Positions 11,618 through 26,034 are shown, counted from the stretch's first letter. The stretch is 64,000 bases of DNA from Octopus sinensis (GCF_006345805.1 NC_043011.1:53208464-53272463), one strand, 5' to 3'. Notes: generated by a model not told the origin, from the letters alone. Numbers and translations: made by a program.

Positions 11618-11950
11618 AAGTAATGGTGGTGGTGATGATGGTGGTGGTTGTAGTAGAAGTGGTGGTGGTGGTGGTCATGGTAGTTGTAGAAGCAGCATCC
11701 TCATCACCGTAAGTAACATCAATAGAGTTAGTAACCATAGTGGTGGTGGTGGTGGTGGTGGTATTAGTAGCAGCAGCAGCAGCAGCAGCAGTAGTAGTTG
11801 TAGTAGTAGTAGTAGTAGTAGTAGTAAAGTATAGTAGTAGTAGTAGTAGTAGTAGCAGCAGCAGCAGTAGTAGTAGTGGTGGTGGTGGTAGTTGTGGTGG
11901 TGGTGGTGGTGGTGGTGGTGGTGGTGGTGGTGGTGGTGGTGGTAGTAGTC
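11400..11950. repeat. Compound trinucleotide microsatellite (AGT/GGT/AGC)
   Basis: Directly visible. Confidence 0.95.
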
Positions 11951-12404
11951 TGCTGCCGGTTATGGTTGCATTGTGTGCTGCTTAAAAAAAGAAAGCAGTT
12001 GCTGGTTGTAATTGTTGTCTATGTTTTACAATTTCACTGTTAATTACCAGTTGCGCTGTAAGATGGCCACGCACAGCTTGGCTATGATTATTATCTGTTA
12101 TTATTGCAGTGGCTGTGGTTGTCGTCATTGTTGTCACTGTTGTTTAGCCCCAGGCCAGCTCTGGTCAGCTGTTTGATCATCAGGGACAGGAATGGCTATG
12201 TGGTTAAGAAGCTTGTTTTGCAACTAGATTGGGTTCTGGTTCAATTCTCCTCTGCAGTACTTTGGACAAGTGTCTTCTACTATAGCCCCAGGCTAGCCAG
12301 TTCCTTGTGAGTGAATTTGGTAGACAGAAAAAGTATGAAAGTGTGTAATATATGTATATATTCATGATGATCCATACACACACACACATATATGTATGTA
12401 TCTA

Positions 12405-12732
12405 CTGAGACCCCCTTCGGTCATGACTGACCATGGGATTGCACCCTCCCAGGCACAAGTCCGGGCAAGGTTGTTTATGGAAGGCCAGCAGTCGCCCATG
12501 CATACCGGCTTCCCCTCTCCATGCCACCAGTGTTATCCAGGGGAAAGACAAAGGGGCTGATACAGCTTGGCACCTGTGATGTCGCAACTCATTTCTACAG
12601 CTGAGTGAACTGGAGCAACGTGAAATGAAGTGTCTTGCTCAGGAACACAACATGCAGCCCAGTTCGGGAATAGAACTCAAAACCTCACAATCGTAAGCTT
12701 GACTCCCTAACCACTGAGCCATGCACCTTCAC
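12405..12732 (-). mobile_element. tRNA-derived SINE family E
   Basis: Minus strand has an A-box-like tggctcagtggttag and a B-box-like gagttctattcc, then gagcaagacacttcatttcacgttgctccagttcac. Related copies at ~20230-20570 and ~32715-32925. Confidence 0.75.
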
Positions 12733-12776
12733 ATGTATGTATATGTATATATAATATATATATACATATACAGGCA

Positions 12777-12819
<43 letters not shown>

Positions 12820-13620
12820 AGTAGTTAGCTTCCATTACCAAGGTGACTAAGTCAGTAGTAGAGGTGGATGCTCCAAGAGTGTAGCTGCTAGAAAAAGAAT
12901 AGGCTGGGCAAAGTTCAGAGAGCTCCTACCTCTGTTGGTAACAAAGAGCCTCTCTCTCAGAATCAAAGAATGAAAGGTAGATTGTATGATGCCAATATAT
13001 GAACCACCACGCTACAAGGCAGTGAAACATCAGGCATATGTAGGCACTGGGGACATGCGTAAGCTTGAAAGAAATTATGCTAGCATGCTTTGCTGGATGT
13101 GCAATGTCAGTGTGCATGCACGACAGAGTGTAAGCATCTTGAGAGAAAAGTTGGGCATAAGAAGCATCAGATCTGGTGTGCAAGAGAGAAGACTGCACTG
13201 GTATGGTCATGTGATGCATATGGACAAGGACTGCTGTGTGAAGAAGTGCTGAACTCTAACAGTGGAGGGAATCTGTGGAAGAGGTAGATCCAGGAAGACA
13301 TGGGACGAGGTGGTGAAACATGATCTTGAAACGGTGGACTTCATGGAGGCAATGACAATATGCCATGCTTGAGAAGACTCGTCAAGCCAAGTGCAATCGT
13401 CATCATGGCTGTTGCCAGTGTTGCGTAATTGGCATGTAAAAAGCACCCTTGAATGCTGGGTGATATGCTACGCTTGAGAAAACCCTTGAAGCCAAGTGAA
13501 ATCCTTGTTGTGACTGGCACCCATGTTGTATGACTGGTACATAAAAAGCACTGTTTGAACGTTGGGTCTCATGGAGGCAGTGACAAGTGATTGAGACCTT
13601 TGGCAATACATCATGCTTTA
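12820..13620 (+). mobile_element. RTE-clade LINE 3' fragment (RT C-terminus plus repeated 3' UTR)
   Basis: GGCSKSVAARKRIGWAKFRELLPLL...KLERNYASMLCWMCNVS...LREKLGIRSIRSGVQERRLHWYGHVMHMDKDCCVKKC*...GRGRSRKTWDEVVKHDL. Confidence 0.85.
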
Positions 13621-14273
13621 AGGTGGCACGCTGGCAGAAACGTTTGCATGCCGGGCAAAATGCTTAGTGGTATTTTGTCTGTCTTTACGTTCTGAGTTCA
13701 AATTCCGCTGAGGTCAACTTTGCCTTTCATTCTTTCAGGATTGATAAATTAAGTACCAGTTGCATACTGGGGTTGATCTAATCGACTGGCCCCGTTCCCC
13801 AAAATTTTGGGCTCGCACACCTACCCTAGAATGTCATTCTAAAATAAACAATCACATCATCAAAATCTCGAAGCTATGAGCTAATGTATGGTTCATTCAA
13901 AACAATGTGAATAAATAAGCATGAAAAGAGTAATCTGAATGCTAAAGAGTTAAACTAACAAAGAGCGGATTACTCCACCGCTCAAACCCACCTGGTGCAT
14001 TCTCTTTTTCCTCTCTACTTTCACCTAAATTACCTCCCCTCATTTTCTGCTGAATCGTCAGATACATAGATAATTTATTATGGATAGTGGGTGAATAAAA
14101 CCTAGAATAAATCCGTACTCAATGTCTTTCTTAATTCATTGAACTTGTATAAAAGCTGTTTCTAAAATATGCTCCAAATATTTTATTTCAACATATATGT
14201 ATATATGGACACATATGTGTATGTATGTATAAGAATGCGAGTGTGTGTGTGTGTGTGTGTATGTGTGTGTGCA

Positions 14274-14304
<31 letters not shown>

Positions 14305-14665
14305 TGTGTGTATGTGTGTGTGTGAGTGTGTGTGTTACTTTAAAGTATGTGTACAGTAAAATCTCAACAATTTCGAGTTGGTTCATCTATCAATTTTATC
14401 AACTTCAAAAGAATCTTTAGATGTTCTCACAATATTTCTAAATTCCTCAACCACACCACCAGCATCACCAGCCTCCACTCCCACCACCATCACAAGCCCC
14501 AGCACACAAACCAGCCCACAACCACCAGCACCTACTACCATCAGCATCCACCACCACCACCACCATCACCATGCTTTGCAGTTTGAAAATTCACACACAC
14601 ACATGCAAACATATTATGCATATACACTTAACTCCTAGAGATAAACGCACACACATACACACATG

Positions 14666-14697
<32 letters not shown>

Positions 14698-15039
14698 TAA
14701 TCATGCACATATACAACACACATGTATATCCTTACAGTAATGCATACTGACACATACTTTTACATATATATATATTATTTACACAAATATATGCTATCAT
14801 ATACAATTTTGTTATTTTGAAGTTTGATGTATATTTTGGAATAAACTTTTATTTAACTATGTTCATGTAATATACCATATCGAACTAAAGATTTCAGTCT
14901 ATTGATTTGTACTGATAGTCCTGCTCCTGCTTTCACTCTTGCTTATTTCAAGTTGCCAAATTAAAGATGGAAAAAATAAATTACAAAATTTGAGCAATCT
15001 TAGTATTAGAATTCCATATGGAATGCAAAACAGTTTAAA

Positions 15040-15350
15040 ACTACTAGTAATAACTGCTTACAATGTCAACCAAGTGTTTGACCACAAGACCATCAATGAA
15101 TGTATAGCCGTCTGTTGGTTCCAAAAATTTCCAAAAAGCAATGAGAATTTAAAGACAAGGCAAGTTCTAAAAAAATAAAGTTCTCAACACTTCTTCCGTC
15201 ATCATTGCAGTGCTTGGATCCAATTGGTGAAGAGGCTTTTATCCTGTTGGTTAAAAATGTCATCAACAGCAGACACGACATCAACATCACAGCAATACTG
15301 GTTCTCAGCCAAGTGTTTTTTCATGTTGGAGAACAGACGATAGTCAGATG
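15040..15350. mobile_element. Rearranged mariner transposase fragments
   Basis: Plus strand has an HTH-like segment (NVNQVFDHKTINECIAVCWFQKF); minus strand has the C-terminal DYRLFSNMKKHLAENQY..DVDVVSAVDDIF. Confidence 0.65.
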
Positions 15351-15674
15351 TGTTGAAAATAAACATCATTTGGTGACATTCCAAATGGTCAGCCTAGGAA
15401 CTTTTCAGCTGACCCTTGTATATGTAATGGGCTTCTACTCACAAGTTTTGGTTGGCCAAAGGCTATAGTGGAAGATATTTGTCCAGCATGCTGTGTAGTG
15501 GGACTGAACCCAAGACCCTATGGTTAGAAAGCAAGCTTCATGACCACACAGCCATGCTTGAAAAGAATGGTTAAATGGTTATTGTCACTGTTTTACATAC
15601 ATACTTACATATATACATATTTACACACACACACACACGTATATACATATATATATGTATGTATGTATGTATGT

Positions 15675-16323
15675 CATCATCATCATCATTTAGCATCCGT
15701 TGTCCATGCTGGCATGGGTTGGATGGTTTGACCAGGGCTGGCAAGCTGGAAGGCTTCACCAGACCCCAGTCTGATTTGAAAAGGTTTTCTACTGCTGGAT
15801 GCCCTTCCTAACGCCAACCATTCTGAGAATGTAATGAGTGCTTTTATGTGCCATTGGCATGGGTGCCATTTGCATGACCCCGGTATCTGCCACGACTGTG
15901 ATTTTACTTGGCTTCATGGATTTTTTTCTCAAGCATAACATAATACCAAAGGTCCAAAGGAGCTTTTCATGTGCCACCGGCATTGACCTGTTTGCCTCCA
16001 TGAAGCCCAATGCTTGAAAGGTGCTTTTTACTTGCTACAGGCACAGGTGCCAGTTATGTGACACCAGCATCAGCCACGACTATAATTTCACTTGGATTGA
16101 TGAGTTCTGAAGCACAGCATATCACCAAAGGTCTTGGTCACTTGTCAATGCTGCTGTGAGGCCCACAGTTCAAAGATAATTCTTCACTAACTCATCCCAT
16201 GTCTTCCTGGGTCTACATCTACCACAGGTTCCCTCTACAGTTAGAGATCAGCACTTCTTTACACAGCTGTCCTCATCCATATGCATCACACATGACCATA
16301 CCAGCACAATCGTCCCTCTTGCA
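15675..16323 (-). mobile_element. RTE-clade LINE 3' end with (ATG)n tail
   Basis: VQEGRLCWYGHV/MHMDEDSCVKKC...GRCRPRKTWDE, homologous to the LINE at 12820-13620. The tail appears as catcatcat at ~15675. Confidence 0.8.
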
Positions 16324-16324
16324 C

Positions 16325-16501
16325 ACATAAATACATACATATACACACACACGCATACATACATACATACACACACACATACATACTTACATACACACAT
16401 ACATACATATATACACACACATACATACATACATACATACACAACACACATACATACATAATAACATACATACACACATACATACATACATACATACATA
16501 C

Positions 16502-16532
<31 letters not shown>

Positions 16533-17250
16533 TACATACATACATACATACATACATACATACATACATACATACATTACATACATACATACATACGTAC
16601 ATAAATACATACATACATAAATACATACATTAATACATACATACATAAATACATACATACATACATACATACATGCATACATACATACATACATACATAC
16701 ATACATACATACACACATACATACATACATACATACATACATACATACATACATACATACATACATACGTACATAATACATACATACATACACACATACA
16801 CACATACATACATACATACATACATACATACATACATTAATACATACATACATAAATACATACATACATACATACATACACACATACACACATACATACA
16901 TACATACATACATACATACATACATACATACACACATACACACATACATACATACATACATACATACATACATACATACATACATACATACACACATACA
17001 CACATACGTACATTCATAGACACGTACATACATACATACATACATACATACATACATACATACATACGTACATACATACATACATACATACATACATACA
17101 TACATACATACATACATACATACGTACATACATACATACATACATACATACATACATACATACATACGTACATACATACGTACATACATACATACATACA
17201 TACATACATACATACATACATACATACATACATACATACGTACATATACG
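16325..17250. repeat. ~0.9 kb (TACA)n microsatellite
   Basis: Directly visible; source of the MYVC pseudo-ORFs. Confidence 0.97.
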
Positions 17251-17793
17251 TATATACATGTTCAAAGCAAACACAGACATAGGCAGACAAACAATAGTAC
17301 ATGCTTGAACGTATGTATCTGTGTATGTTACTAGTGTGTGTGTGTGTGTGTGTGTGCGTGTGCGCGTGCATGTGTGACCTCCTACTCCCCCCACCTCCAC
17401 CACCGCTAAAGATATTTCTCATTCAATTAACTCGCAATTACTTTAATCGCATCAAAAGATTAATAATAAAGCGATAAACAATACATTTATTGACCCTCAC
17501 CATACCACCACGCCAACCTCCTACTTTTACCCCACACCACACACACACACACACACACTACACACACAAAGTCTCTAGCCTACCCTCCCTTCACACTAAC
17601 TACTCATACCATCACCAACCATCTCCAGCCACCACCAGCCACCACCACCACCACCACCGCCACTACCGCCATTGCTGCAATAATCTCATTTAACGGTTAT
17701 AAAGTAAGGTTTCAGATCTTAAGCAATAATTTCACCAACAGAAACCTCACTCGTGCACTTTTGTTGTTTCACAGAGACAGTTGTGTTTTTCAG

Positions 17794-17852
17794 ATTTTTC
17801 TTCTCTCGGCACTGGCTCTTGCCAATCAGTCATGTGCTGCGTAGAGTGGAAG
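17794..17852 (+). other. Candidate small exon
   Basis: gtgtttttcag|ATTTT...GTAGAGTGGAAG|gtaaga; 59 nt, open as (D)[19 protein letters not shown], in a non-repetitive island. Confidence 0.3.
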
Positions 17853-17874
17853 GTAAGAAGTGTGGAAAATATTG

Positions 17875-18415
<541 letters not shown>

Positions 18416-18843
18416 GAGGGTGAGATACATAACTCCACCTCAACCAAGGTTTTGCCAGTAGAGTTTTGTTCCAGAATATTTTTGTTTACAAAATTAACTG
18501 ACCATGACATATTCTTCCCTCCAGGTTATGTACCGCTGGCCATTTGAGTCTGGTCAGTCATCCATACAGCCAAGTGCTTTATAGGTGCAAAACAATTGGT
18601 CATTCTCCAACCAACCATAACAAACAACTTTCTAAATATATTCTTTTATTCTTTTACTCATTTCAATCATTTGACTGTGGCCATGCTGGGGCACCGCCAT
18701 TGAAGGGTTTTAGTCACACAAATCAACCTCAGAACTTATGTTTTAAAGTCTGGTACTTATTCTATCGGTCTCTTTTGCCAAAGCGCTAAGTTATTTATGG
18801 AGATGTAAACACACCAACATTGGTTGCCAAGTGGTGGCGGGGA

Positions 18844-18884
<41 letters not shown>

Positions 18885-19056
18885 TCTGTCTACCAAATTC
18901 ATTCACAAGTCTATAGTAGAAGACACTTGCCCAAGGTGCCATGCAATGGGACTGAACCCAGAACCATGTGGTTGGGACGCAAGCTTCTTGACTACATGGC
19001 CATATTTGCAACTCCACTTCTCAGCCATAATCATCATCATTATCATCATCATTTAA

Positions 19057-19277
19057 CCCTTTAGCATTTAAACCGGCCATATCCGGCCAAAAGTATTCTG
19101 CCTGTTTTATGTTCAAACTGGCCAGATCTGGTCTCTCGTACCAACCCTACAATATCATTTTAAAAATTAACAGCTACCTCATCAAAATCTCATAGCTACA
19201 AGATAATGCATGATTAGTTCAAAACAATGTGGATAAAAAAGGATTAATTTTGGCAGAATAATGTGAACACTAAAGGG
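19057..19277. mobile_element. piggyBac-type MITE
   Basis: TTAA|ccctttag...ctaaaggg|TTAA (TSDs 19053-19056 and 19278-19281), inserted in the TTAA of an RTE tail. Confidence 0.8.
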
Positions 19278-19639
19278 TTAATGTCTGTTGTCCATGCTGG
19301 CATGAGTTGGACAGTTTGACCAGAGCTGGCCAGCAGGAGAGCTGCACCAGGCTCCAGTCTGCTTTGGCATGGTTTCTACAGCTGGTTACCCTTCCTAATG
19401 CCAACCACTTTACAGAGTGTGCTCAGTGCTTCTATGTGGCACTGTACAAGTGCCTCTACATTGCATGGGCACAAGTGCTCTTTACATGTGCTGGGCTTTT
19501 GCAGGCTAATCCTCTTTGCCAAGATGGCAGCACTGACTACTGACAGCCTGGCAGAACAGTCATTATTACCGATTTTGACTAAGTCCATCTTGACCTGCTG
19601 CAATGTTATCATTACTGGAATCTCCAAACATAAAAAAAA

Positions 19640-19790
19640 AAACTAACTTTTTAAATCAAAGCTGGACATCTTCCTGTCGAGAGTCCCAGATGAACCTACC
19701 TCACGGCAAGAGGTGCAAATGAGGGTAGCTATATCAAACTCCATTCTTCACCAAGTGCCACATATTAGAGGAAGATCTCAGTAATAACAG
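19640..19790 (+). mobile_element. CR1/L2-group LINE 3' coding fragment
   Basis: FKSKLDIFLSRVPDEPT...SNSILHQV, a typical terminal motif. Confidence 0.65.
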
Positions 19791-21559
19791 TGTAGCAAAA
19801 CGGTGGTGCATCAGCTTGGCCACAGCTCTGAGCTGATACTAGAGAGAAAAAAGAAAAAAAAAAACTGGACAGTTGAAGTTCTGCAGCATTTTCAGAGTGC
19901 ATCACTGCATCGCAGATGATAAATCGCTGCATATTAATGTGCAAAGTGTATTTCTCAATAAGGAAAAGACAAAGTTTGGTTATCAGATAAATTCATTCAT
20001 TTTTGGACTAAGTTTTTCGACCTTATTCATCAGGTGATATGTGACAGTATGATGAGAGCATCCCATCTGTTGAGCTGATATCCTAGAGAATTGGTGCAGA
20101 TCCTTGTGGATGAGCTGATACAATTGATCCTCACTGAATAGAACAGACTGGCCAGAATGCAGAATGCCTGTGAAGTTAAATTTCCCTTCTTTAGTTCATG
20201 GAAACCATTCCTGTACAAGTCTTTCAGTAACTGGTACTCTTCGGTTTATGATGACAATGGTTCCAGTTGATCTGACCAACGGAACAGCCTGCTTATGAAA
20301 TTAATATGCAAGTGGCTGAGCACTCCACAAACATGCACATCCTTTATGACCCTTAATGTAGTTCACAGGGAGAGTCAGTGTGACACAGAATATGACGTGG
20401 CCAGCTTTTTGAAATACAGGTACCACTCATTTTTGCCAGCTGAGTGAACTGAGCGATGTGAAATAAAATGTCTTCTTCAAGGACACAATGTGCCACTGCA
20501 GCTGGGAATTGAACTCATGACCTTACGATCATGAGCTGAGTAACCTAACCACTAAGCCATATGCCCTCATTCTTTCAGTAATAGTGCCTTCTCCATACAC
20601 AGCACAAATGTCTTGAGTCACTTTTGGCAGTTTTGGAACCTTGAGTGAAAGCAAAGAGATGCAGATGTCGAAAATGATGCCCCAGCATGGCCACAATTCA
20701 ATGACTGAAGCAATCAAAAGATAAAAGATTAAGACATTATGTCATGTGACTCAACCTAATGGTCAGGTGATCAATACGAGTTAACATGGCTATCAGTATG
20801 ATGTAAAAAGATGAAATTTAGTTGAATAAATCTTCTTAGAAGTGAAGCAACTCTTGTGTCTACAGTTTTATGTGCATATATGTTTTACTTTGGAATATGA
20901 TTGAGCTGTTTTTTAAATGTTTACAAAGCAATTAATGTTGGCCTGCTCGCTTAACCGGTTGGGTGGTGTCATTTGAAAGCTAAAACAATGCAAAAGTGCA
21001 TTGTGACCAGCAATATGTAACAACAGTTGATAGTCAGTCTGGTCAGTCATGTGGTCATGTAATATAGGTTATCTATTAAAAAAATTTAGATAATTTAATA
21101 ATGACATAGACAGTTAAGCCTGGCGCAGTCTTCTGCCTAGCCGGCTCCTGTCAAACCATCCAACCCATGCCAGCATAAAAAGTGTACATTAAATGATGAT
21201 GATGATGATGATGATATGAATGTATATGATACATATATAATACAAAACCACATTCAAATACAAATCTAAAACTAAAAAAATACACGAGCGAAGAAAGGAA
21301 AAAAACATCAATTCAACACTAAGTACCCCAATTGATCACACACCACAAGGTTCAGTGGAACCTGCTGAAGTCACCCAACACATTCATGGCATTAATATGA
21401 GTGAAGGTGAGGCTAAAGCGTAGGAGCAGCCAAACACCCTCATGGGCATTGCCTGCCATCTCAATAAGGCAAGCTGTCAATGATGAAATATCTTACTTGA
21501 CTCATTATAAAGTAGATAAAGACAAGGTACCACAGCAATGAATGTCACATCTTCACCAA

Positions 21560-21990
21560 GGAAAATGACCCATGCTTACAGGAATAAGCTCAATAAACTG
21601 GAAGTGGAATTTGAGATTTCTGCAACAGAGGACAACAGAAAAGAAGCAATCTTGCTGTTTATTGCAGATTAAGCTCTTTCTTGAATTTATCGTACAATAA
21701 ATGACAACAAACTAACATTATACATATTGTAATACTTGGGGATGTCAGTTAAACACACGCTATATATTTGGTCCTCACTTCAGCTTTATTATTATTATGA
21801 TTTTAGTGTCTTTGTCTAAGGTCTTTCATCACACATCTCGCAACCTCTTCGGCGACTCTTTATCCCATGTGTCTCTTCTTGTTCTGCTTATTCCATTTTG
21901 TCTGAAGAGGTCATTGGATGTGTGACAAAAGAGCTTTGACAAAGAGACTAACGTAATAATAGTAAAGCTAAAGTAAAGACCAAATATATA
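21560..21990 (+). mobile_element. Decayed Penelope-like element with dead hammerhead (21897-21943)
   Basis: tttgt-CTGAAGA-g-gtca(ttggatgtg)tgac-AAAA-gagctt-TG-acaaa. Upstream KEAILL..IKL resembles a GIY-YIG C-terminus. Confidence 0.4.
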
Positions 21991-22442
21991 GTGCATGTGT
22001 TTAATAAGCAATAAATGACAATATTTGTTTCAACAGACAATTTCACATCAAGAATCTGGCAAAACCAGTACATAAACGTAATAATATTATACAGTTTGTG
22101 CCAAGTAGTAAACAGGTCTGACCTAACATATGTGGATATTTATCAATGGCTGGATGCCAAATGGTCCCCTTAAAACATACTTTACTGTTTATGAAAGTTG
22201 TAAATCTTATATTATAAAAGAGCTGATCTTCTTTCTGTGTGTAACAACATCTGTGTAGAGAGAAGGAAGAAGGAGAGAAGAAGCAATTGTTGTTGCAAGA
22301 GAAATCCAGTTAGAGAGAATGAGAGAAAGTGTGAGAGATAGATAAACAGGTAGTGTTGTCACCTTAGTAATAAGATTTGATTTAAAATGCGAGAATTTTA
22401 AGTGCAAGTCTGTCAACACAATGCAACAAAGACTTCAAATAA

Positions 22443-22479
<37 letters not shown>

Positions 22480-22485
<6 letters not shown>

Positions 22486-22670
22486 CATATAATTAGGGGA
22501 GTTGTTTGTTTGTGTGTGTGTGTGTGTGTGTGTTTCTATATGTCTTTCAACATATAGACAATGCAACACAGACTTTAAGAAAAGACTTTCACTTAGAAAA
22601 ATTTATGGAGGTATGTGCATGATTAACAAATATTTTTTCCAGAGCAGCGTAGCAACGGGTAACGACCTAG
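22480..22670 (+). mobile_element. Non-autonomous Helitron-like element
   Basis: Internal GT repeat; ends in a GC-rich subterminal segment (gcgtagcaacggg) followed by CTAG|T. Confidence 0.5.
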
Positions 22671-22934
22671 TAAAGAATGAAAGTGAAATATTTGCTTATC
22701 TTTGACTCCTCATGAAACTCCAGGAATTCAATGATCTTCCTCTATCTCACCTGATTTCTATATCAGCAGTTCTTTCTGTTTTTATGTTTGTGTGTATCTG
22801 AAGAGGAGGATGACAATGATGATGATGATTATAGTGTTACTTAGAAGCTGAGAATTATGATGGTGACTATGAAGTCATAAAATTAAGAAGAAAAAAAAAG
22901 GACATACATGAGCAGCAGTGGGGATTTCACACAT

Positions 22935-22977
<43 letters not shown>

Positions 22978-23499
22978 CAACCACACACGTATATATAGCA
23001 GGAGGAGGAGGATAAGAAGGCATACAATAATGAGGAACATGATTATAGTGTTATGTATAACATGCATAATATATGTGTGTGTGTGTATGTTTATATGCAT
23101 GTAAATATATATACATATATGTATGCATATATATGTGTATATAAGGACATATATCCATGTGTGTGTGCTTGTGCATGTAAGTATGTATGTTTATATGCAT
23201 GTAAATATATATATACATATACATCTGCACATATATGTGTATATAATGACATATATCAATGCGTGTGTGTATGCTTGTGTAAACATATACACGTGTATGT
23301 ATATATGGGGATGTAGTAGATATGTATGCATATAAACATACATATATACATGCATAGGTGTGTGTATATGTATATATGTGTGTGTATGTGTGTGTGTGTG
23401 TGCGTTTGGATGCATATATGTGAATGTGTAGATACTTATGTGTATGAGTGTGAGTGTGTGTATATAAACATGTATAATGATATTGCGGTTTCGTTTCTT

Positions 23500-23636
23500 T
23501 CAATAAAGAAACTTGTGATGTAATTAGGATTGGTTTTCTGCCAAAGAAAACCATTCCGACTTATATCTCCTCCCACTCTTCTTCCCCCCAGTATCCCTTC
23601 TGCCATATTTTCTCATGTCTCTCCCTTTCTTCCTCT

Positions 23637-23669
<33 letters not shown>

Positions 23670-23727
23670 CACCACTACCACCACCACCACCACCACCACC
23701 ACCTCCACTCTCATTCTTATCCAACTC

Positions 23728-23765
<38 letters not shown>

Positions 23766-23807
23766 GTGTCTGTCTATCCATCTATCCATCTATCTATCCA
23801 TCTATCC

Positions 23808-23863
<56 letters not shown>

Positions 23864-23879
23864 GCCTGTCTGTCTATCC

Positions 23880-23941
<62 letters not shown>

Positions 23942-24020
23942 TTGTCTGTCAGTCTATATGTCTATCTGTCTGTCTGTTTATCTGTTTGTCTGTCTGTTCA
24001 TCTATCTATCTATCTGTCTG

Positions 24021-24075
<55 letters not shown>

Positions 24076-24080
24076 GTCTG

Positions 24081-24136
<56 letters not shown>

Positions 24137-24550
24137 CCGTTCCTCTGTCTGTCTATCAGTCTATCCTTCTATCCATCCATCCTGCTGCAACTGATGGTCT
24201 TGCACCTTCTTAAGAGGATTTACTCATGGTTGCAGTCTAAGACACACTCAAGTTGATTGCCGGAATCTTACCAATTCCATATTCTGGCAGCAACAACAAC
24301 AGCAGCAGTAACAGTTAAGAATCTATCATGTCAAAGCAATAATTTTTAACTCCAGTATTGAATCACTTCTCGTCAATAATGGCAGCAAAGATTAAAATTT
24401 TGGTAGCATGCCCCATCTCATCTTCCAATCTAATAAGGAAGGCAGCAGAGGAATTAATTCTTCAATGGTAAAATGGTGGAAAGGTAAACTCTTAGAGGAT
24501 GATGTTATGTAAATTTGGATGATTTCTAACACTGTTGCCTTTTGGTACAA
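23500..24550. repeat. Triplicated conserved module, copy 1
   Basis: Blocks cttgtga..ttctgccaaagaa / ggtcttgcaccttcttaagaggatttactcatggttgca..ctaagacacactc..gattgccggaatcttaccaattc / gtcaaagcaataatttttaactccagtattgaatcac, shared with the other two copies. Confidence 0.85.
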
Positions 24551-24659
24551 TTCTTTACATTTAGATTTGAGAACAATCCCATACTGCACTGAAATTCAAT
24601 GAAGTAGCAACTTGATCATCTCACATGCTAAAAATAATAGCCAAACCTCAATCTACCTC

Positions 24660-25334
24660 TGTTATGATGTGGTGTTTTCCACAGTTATAATGTGTGGCCA
24701 CGTTTGTGACTGTGGCTGCTGTATCTTCTCTAGAAGCCACAGTATTTTCTTGGTATCGGATACAACGTATCTCTTCTATTCTGGTGTCATCATTGTTCGA
24801 CCGTGGTCGAGACAATGGAATTTACCATGCTACGCCAGACTTCACGGTCCATCATGGCATTACGGAAATCCTGTTGCTGGATGCCTGTATCCCTGGAGAT
24901 TACATCAGGGTAGGAGAGTGTGCGCCCTCTGGTATTGCGAGTAGATGGCTTCCAGAGGAGAAGAGTAGAAATTACCTCTTTTTCAGCTCTACAACAATGT
25001 CCAGCAAACTGGACTCTCCTACCTTTCACAAGAGATGACACAGGTGGTAGTTTCCAAAATGTTTGCATATTCTGGTATGTTAATACACTGCTTTATCTAT
25101 CGTGCTATGCTATTGCTGATAGTTCTGCAAGACACCAAATTTGAACCGTCTACCTTGACTATGACTCGAACTCGACTCTAACATGAAACTGACACTTAAC
25201 TCCAACTGAGATCTTGTACAGCGACTCTACAATGACTGACACATGACTCCCTGTACTGGTTGATGTCATCTCATTTTATATTGGCTGGCTCATACTACTA
25301 GTCTTGTGGGAGGGGGTGTACCATTTCCACTACA
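24660..25334 (-). mobile_element. Probable solo LTR (TGT...ACA) with nested LINE
   Basis: Begins tgttatg (24660) and ends cactaca (25334). Minus strand has a CCAAT+TATAAAA motif (agccaatataaaatg, ~25272-25287). The flanks acctc/acactc are only an imperfect TSD. Confidence 0.5.
24786..25067 (-). mobile_element. 5'-truncated RTE-type LINE insertion with 9-bp TSD
   Basis: ORF ..GRRVQFAGHCCRAEKEVISTLLLWKPSTRNTRGR..YPDVISRDTG..AMMDREVWR; TSD tattctggt at 24777-24785 and 25068-25076. Confidence 0.85.
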
Positions 25335-25663
25335 ACACTCTGTGTCTTTTTTTTAAGATCTGAAAGCAGCTGCAGAAATGCGAAAGTGAAAACAAAGAGA
25401 TTTCTAGATTTCAAAAATTTTTTTAGTCTTTGACTTGTGTCAGAACTCCTGGAATTTAATGACACGACTAAATGTGATTTCATTACCATTACCAGAATTG
25501 TCTCTATTCATTGTATGTTAGTGATGATGATGATGATGATGAAGATGATGAGTAAGAGGGAGGAGGACAATAATGATGATGACAATGCAGCTGATGGTAC
25601 TCATGCACAAATACACGCACACATGCACGCATGCACACACACACACAACACACACACACACAC

Positions 25664-26030
25664 AGAGGGTGCAGTGAATGAATGTTTATCTAAATTAAGC
25701 AAAAATGAAAATAACACTGACATCTCATTTTAACAGATATATTTACAAAAATTACATTAAAATATCTTGAAATACTAAGAGTAAATTTATTCAATAAAAT
25801 CGCCATTGGCTTCAACCATGACATCCAGACGACTTCGGAATTTCCTGAAGCTCTTCTGGATGGTCTCCTTGTTTAAGTTGGTGAATGCTACCATAATCCT
25901 TGCCTTCAGTTCATCTTTGGTGTTACAAGGAGTTTTGTTGGTCTCTCGCTCAACTGTACCCCACACATAATAATTAAGGGGTTGTAATGCGGGGTGTTAG
26001 GTGGCCAGATGTTAGGGGTGATGTGGCAGT
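25664..26030 (-). mobile_element. Tc1-like transposase C-terminal remnant
   Basis: PNTPHYNPLNYYVWGTVERETNKTPCNTKDELKARI...FRSRLDVMVEANGDFIE. Confidence 0.75.
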
Positions 26031-26034
26031 AGAA

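Noticed and set aside
14035-14070. Minus-strand CTGACGA..GAAA as a hammerhead
   Set aside because: Stems II, III and I cannot be formed.
20000-20040. Minus-strand CTGATGA-ataaggtc-GAAA as a hammerhead
   Set aside because: No stem II pairing and no closing stem I.
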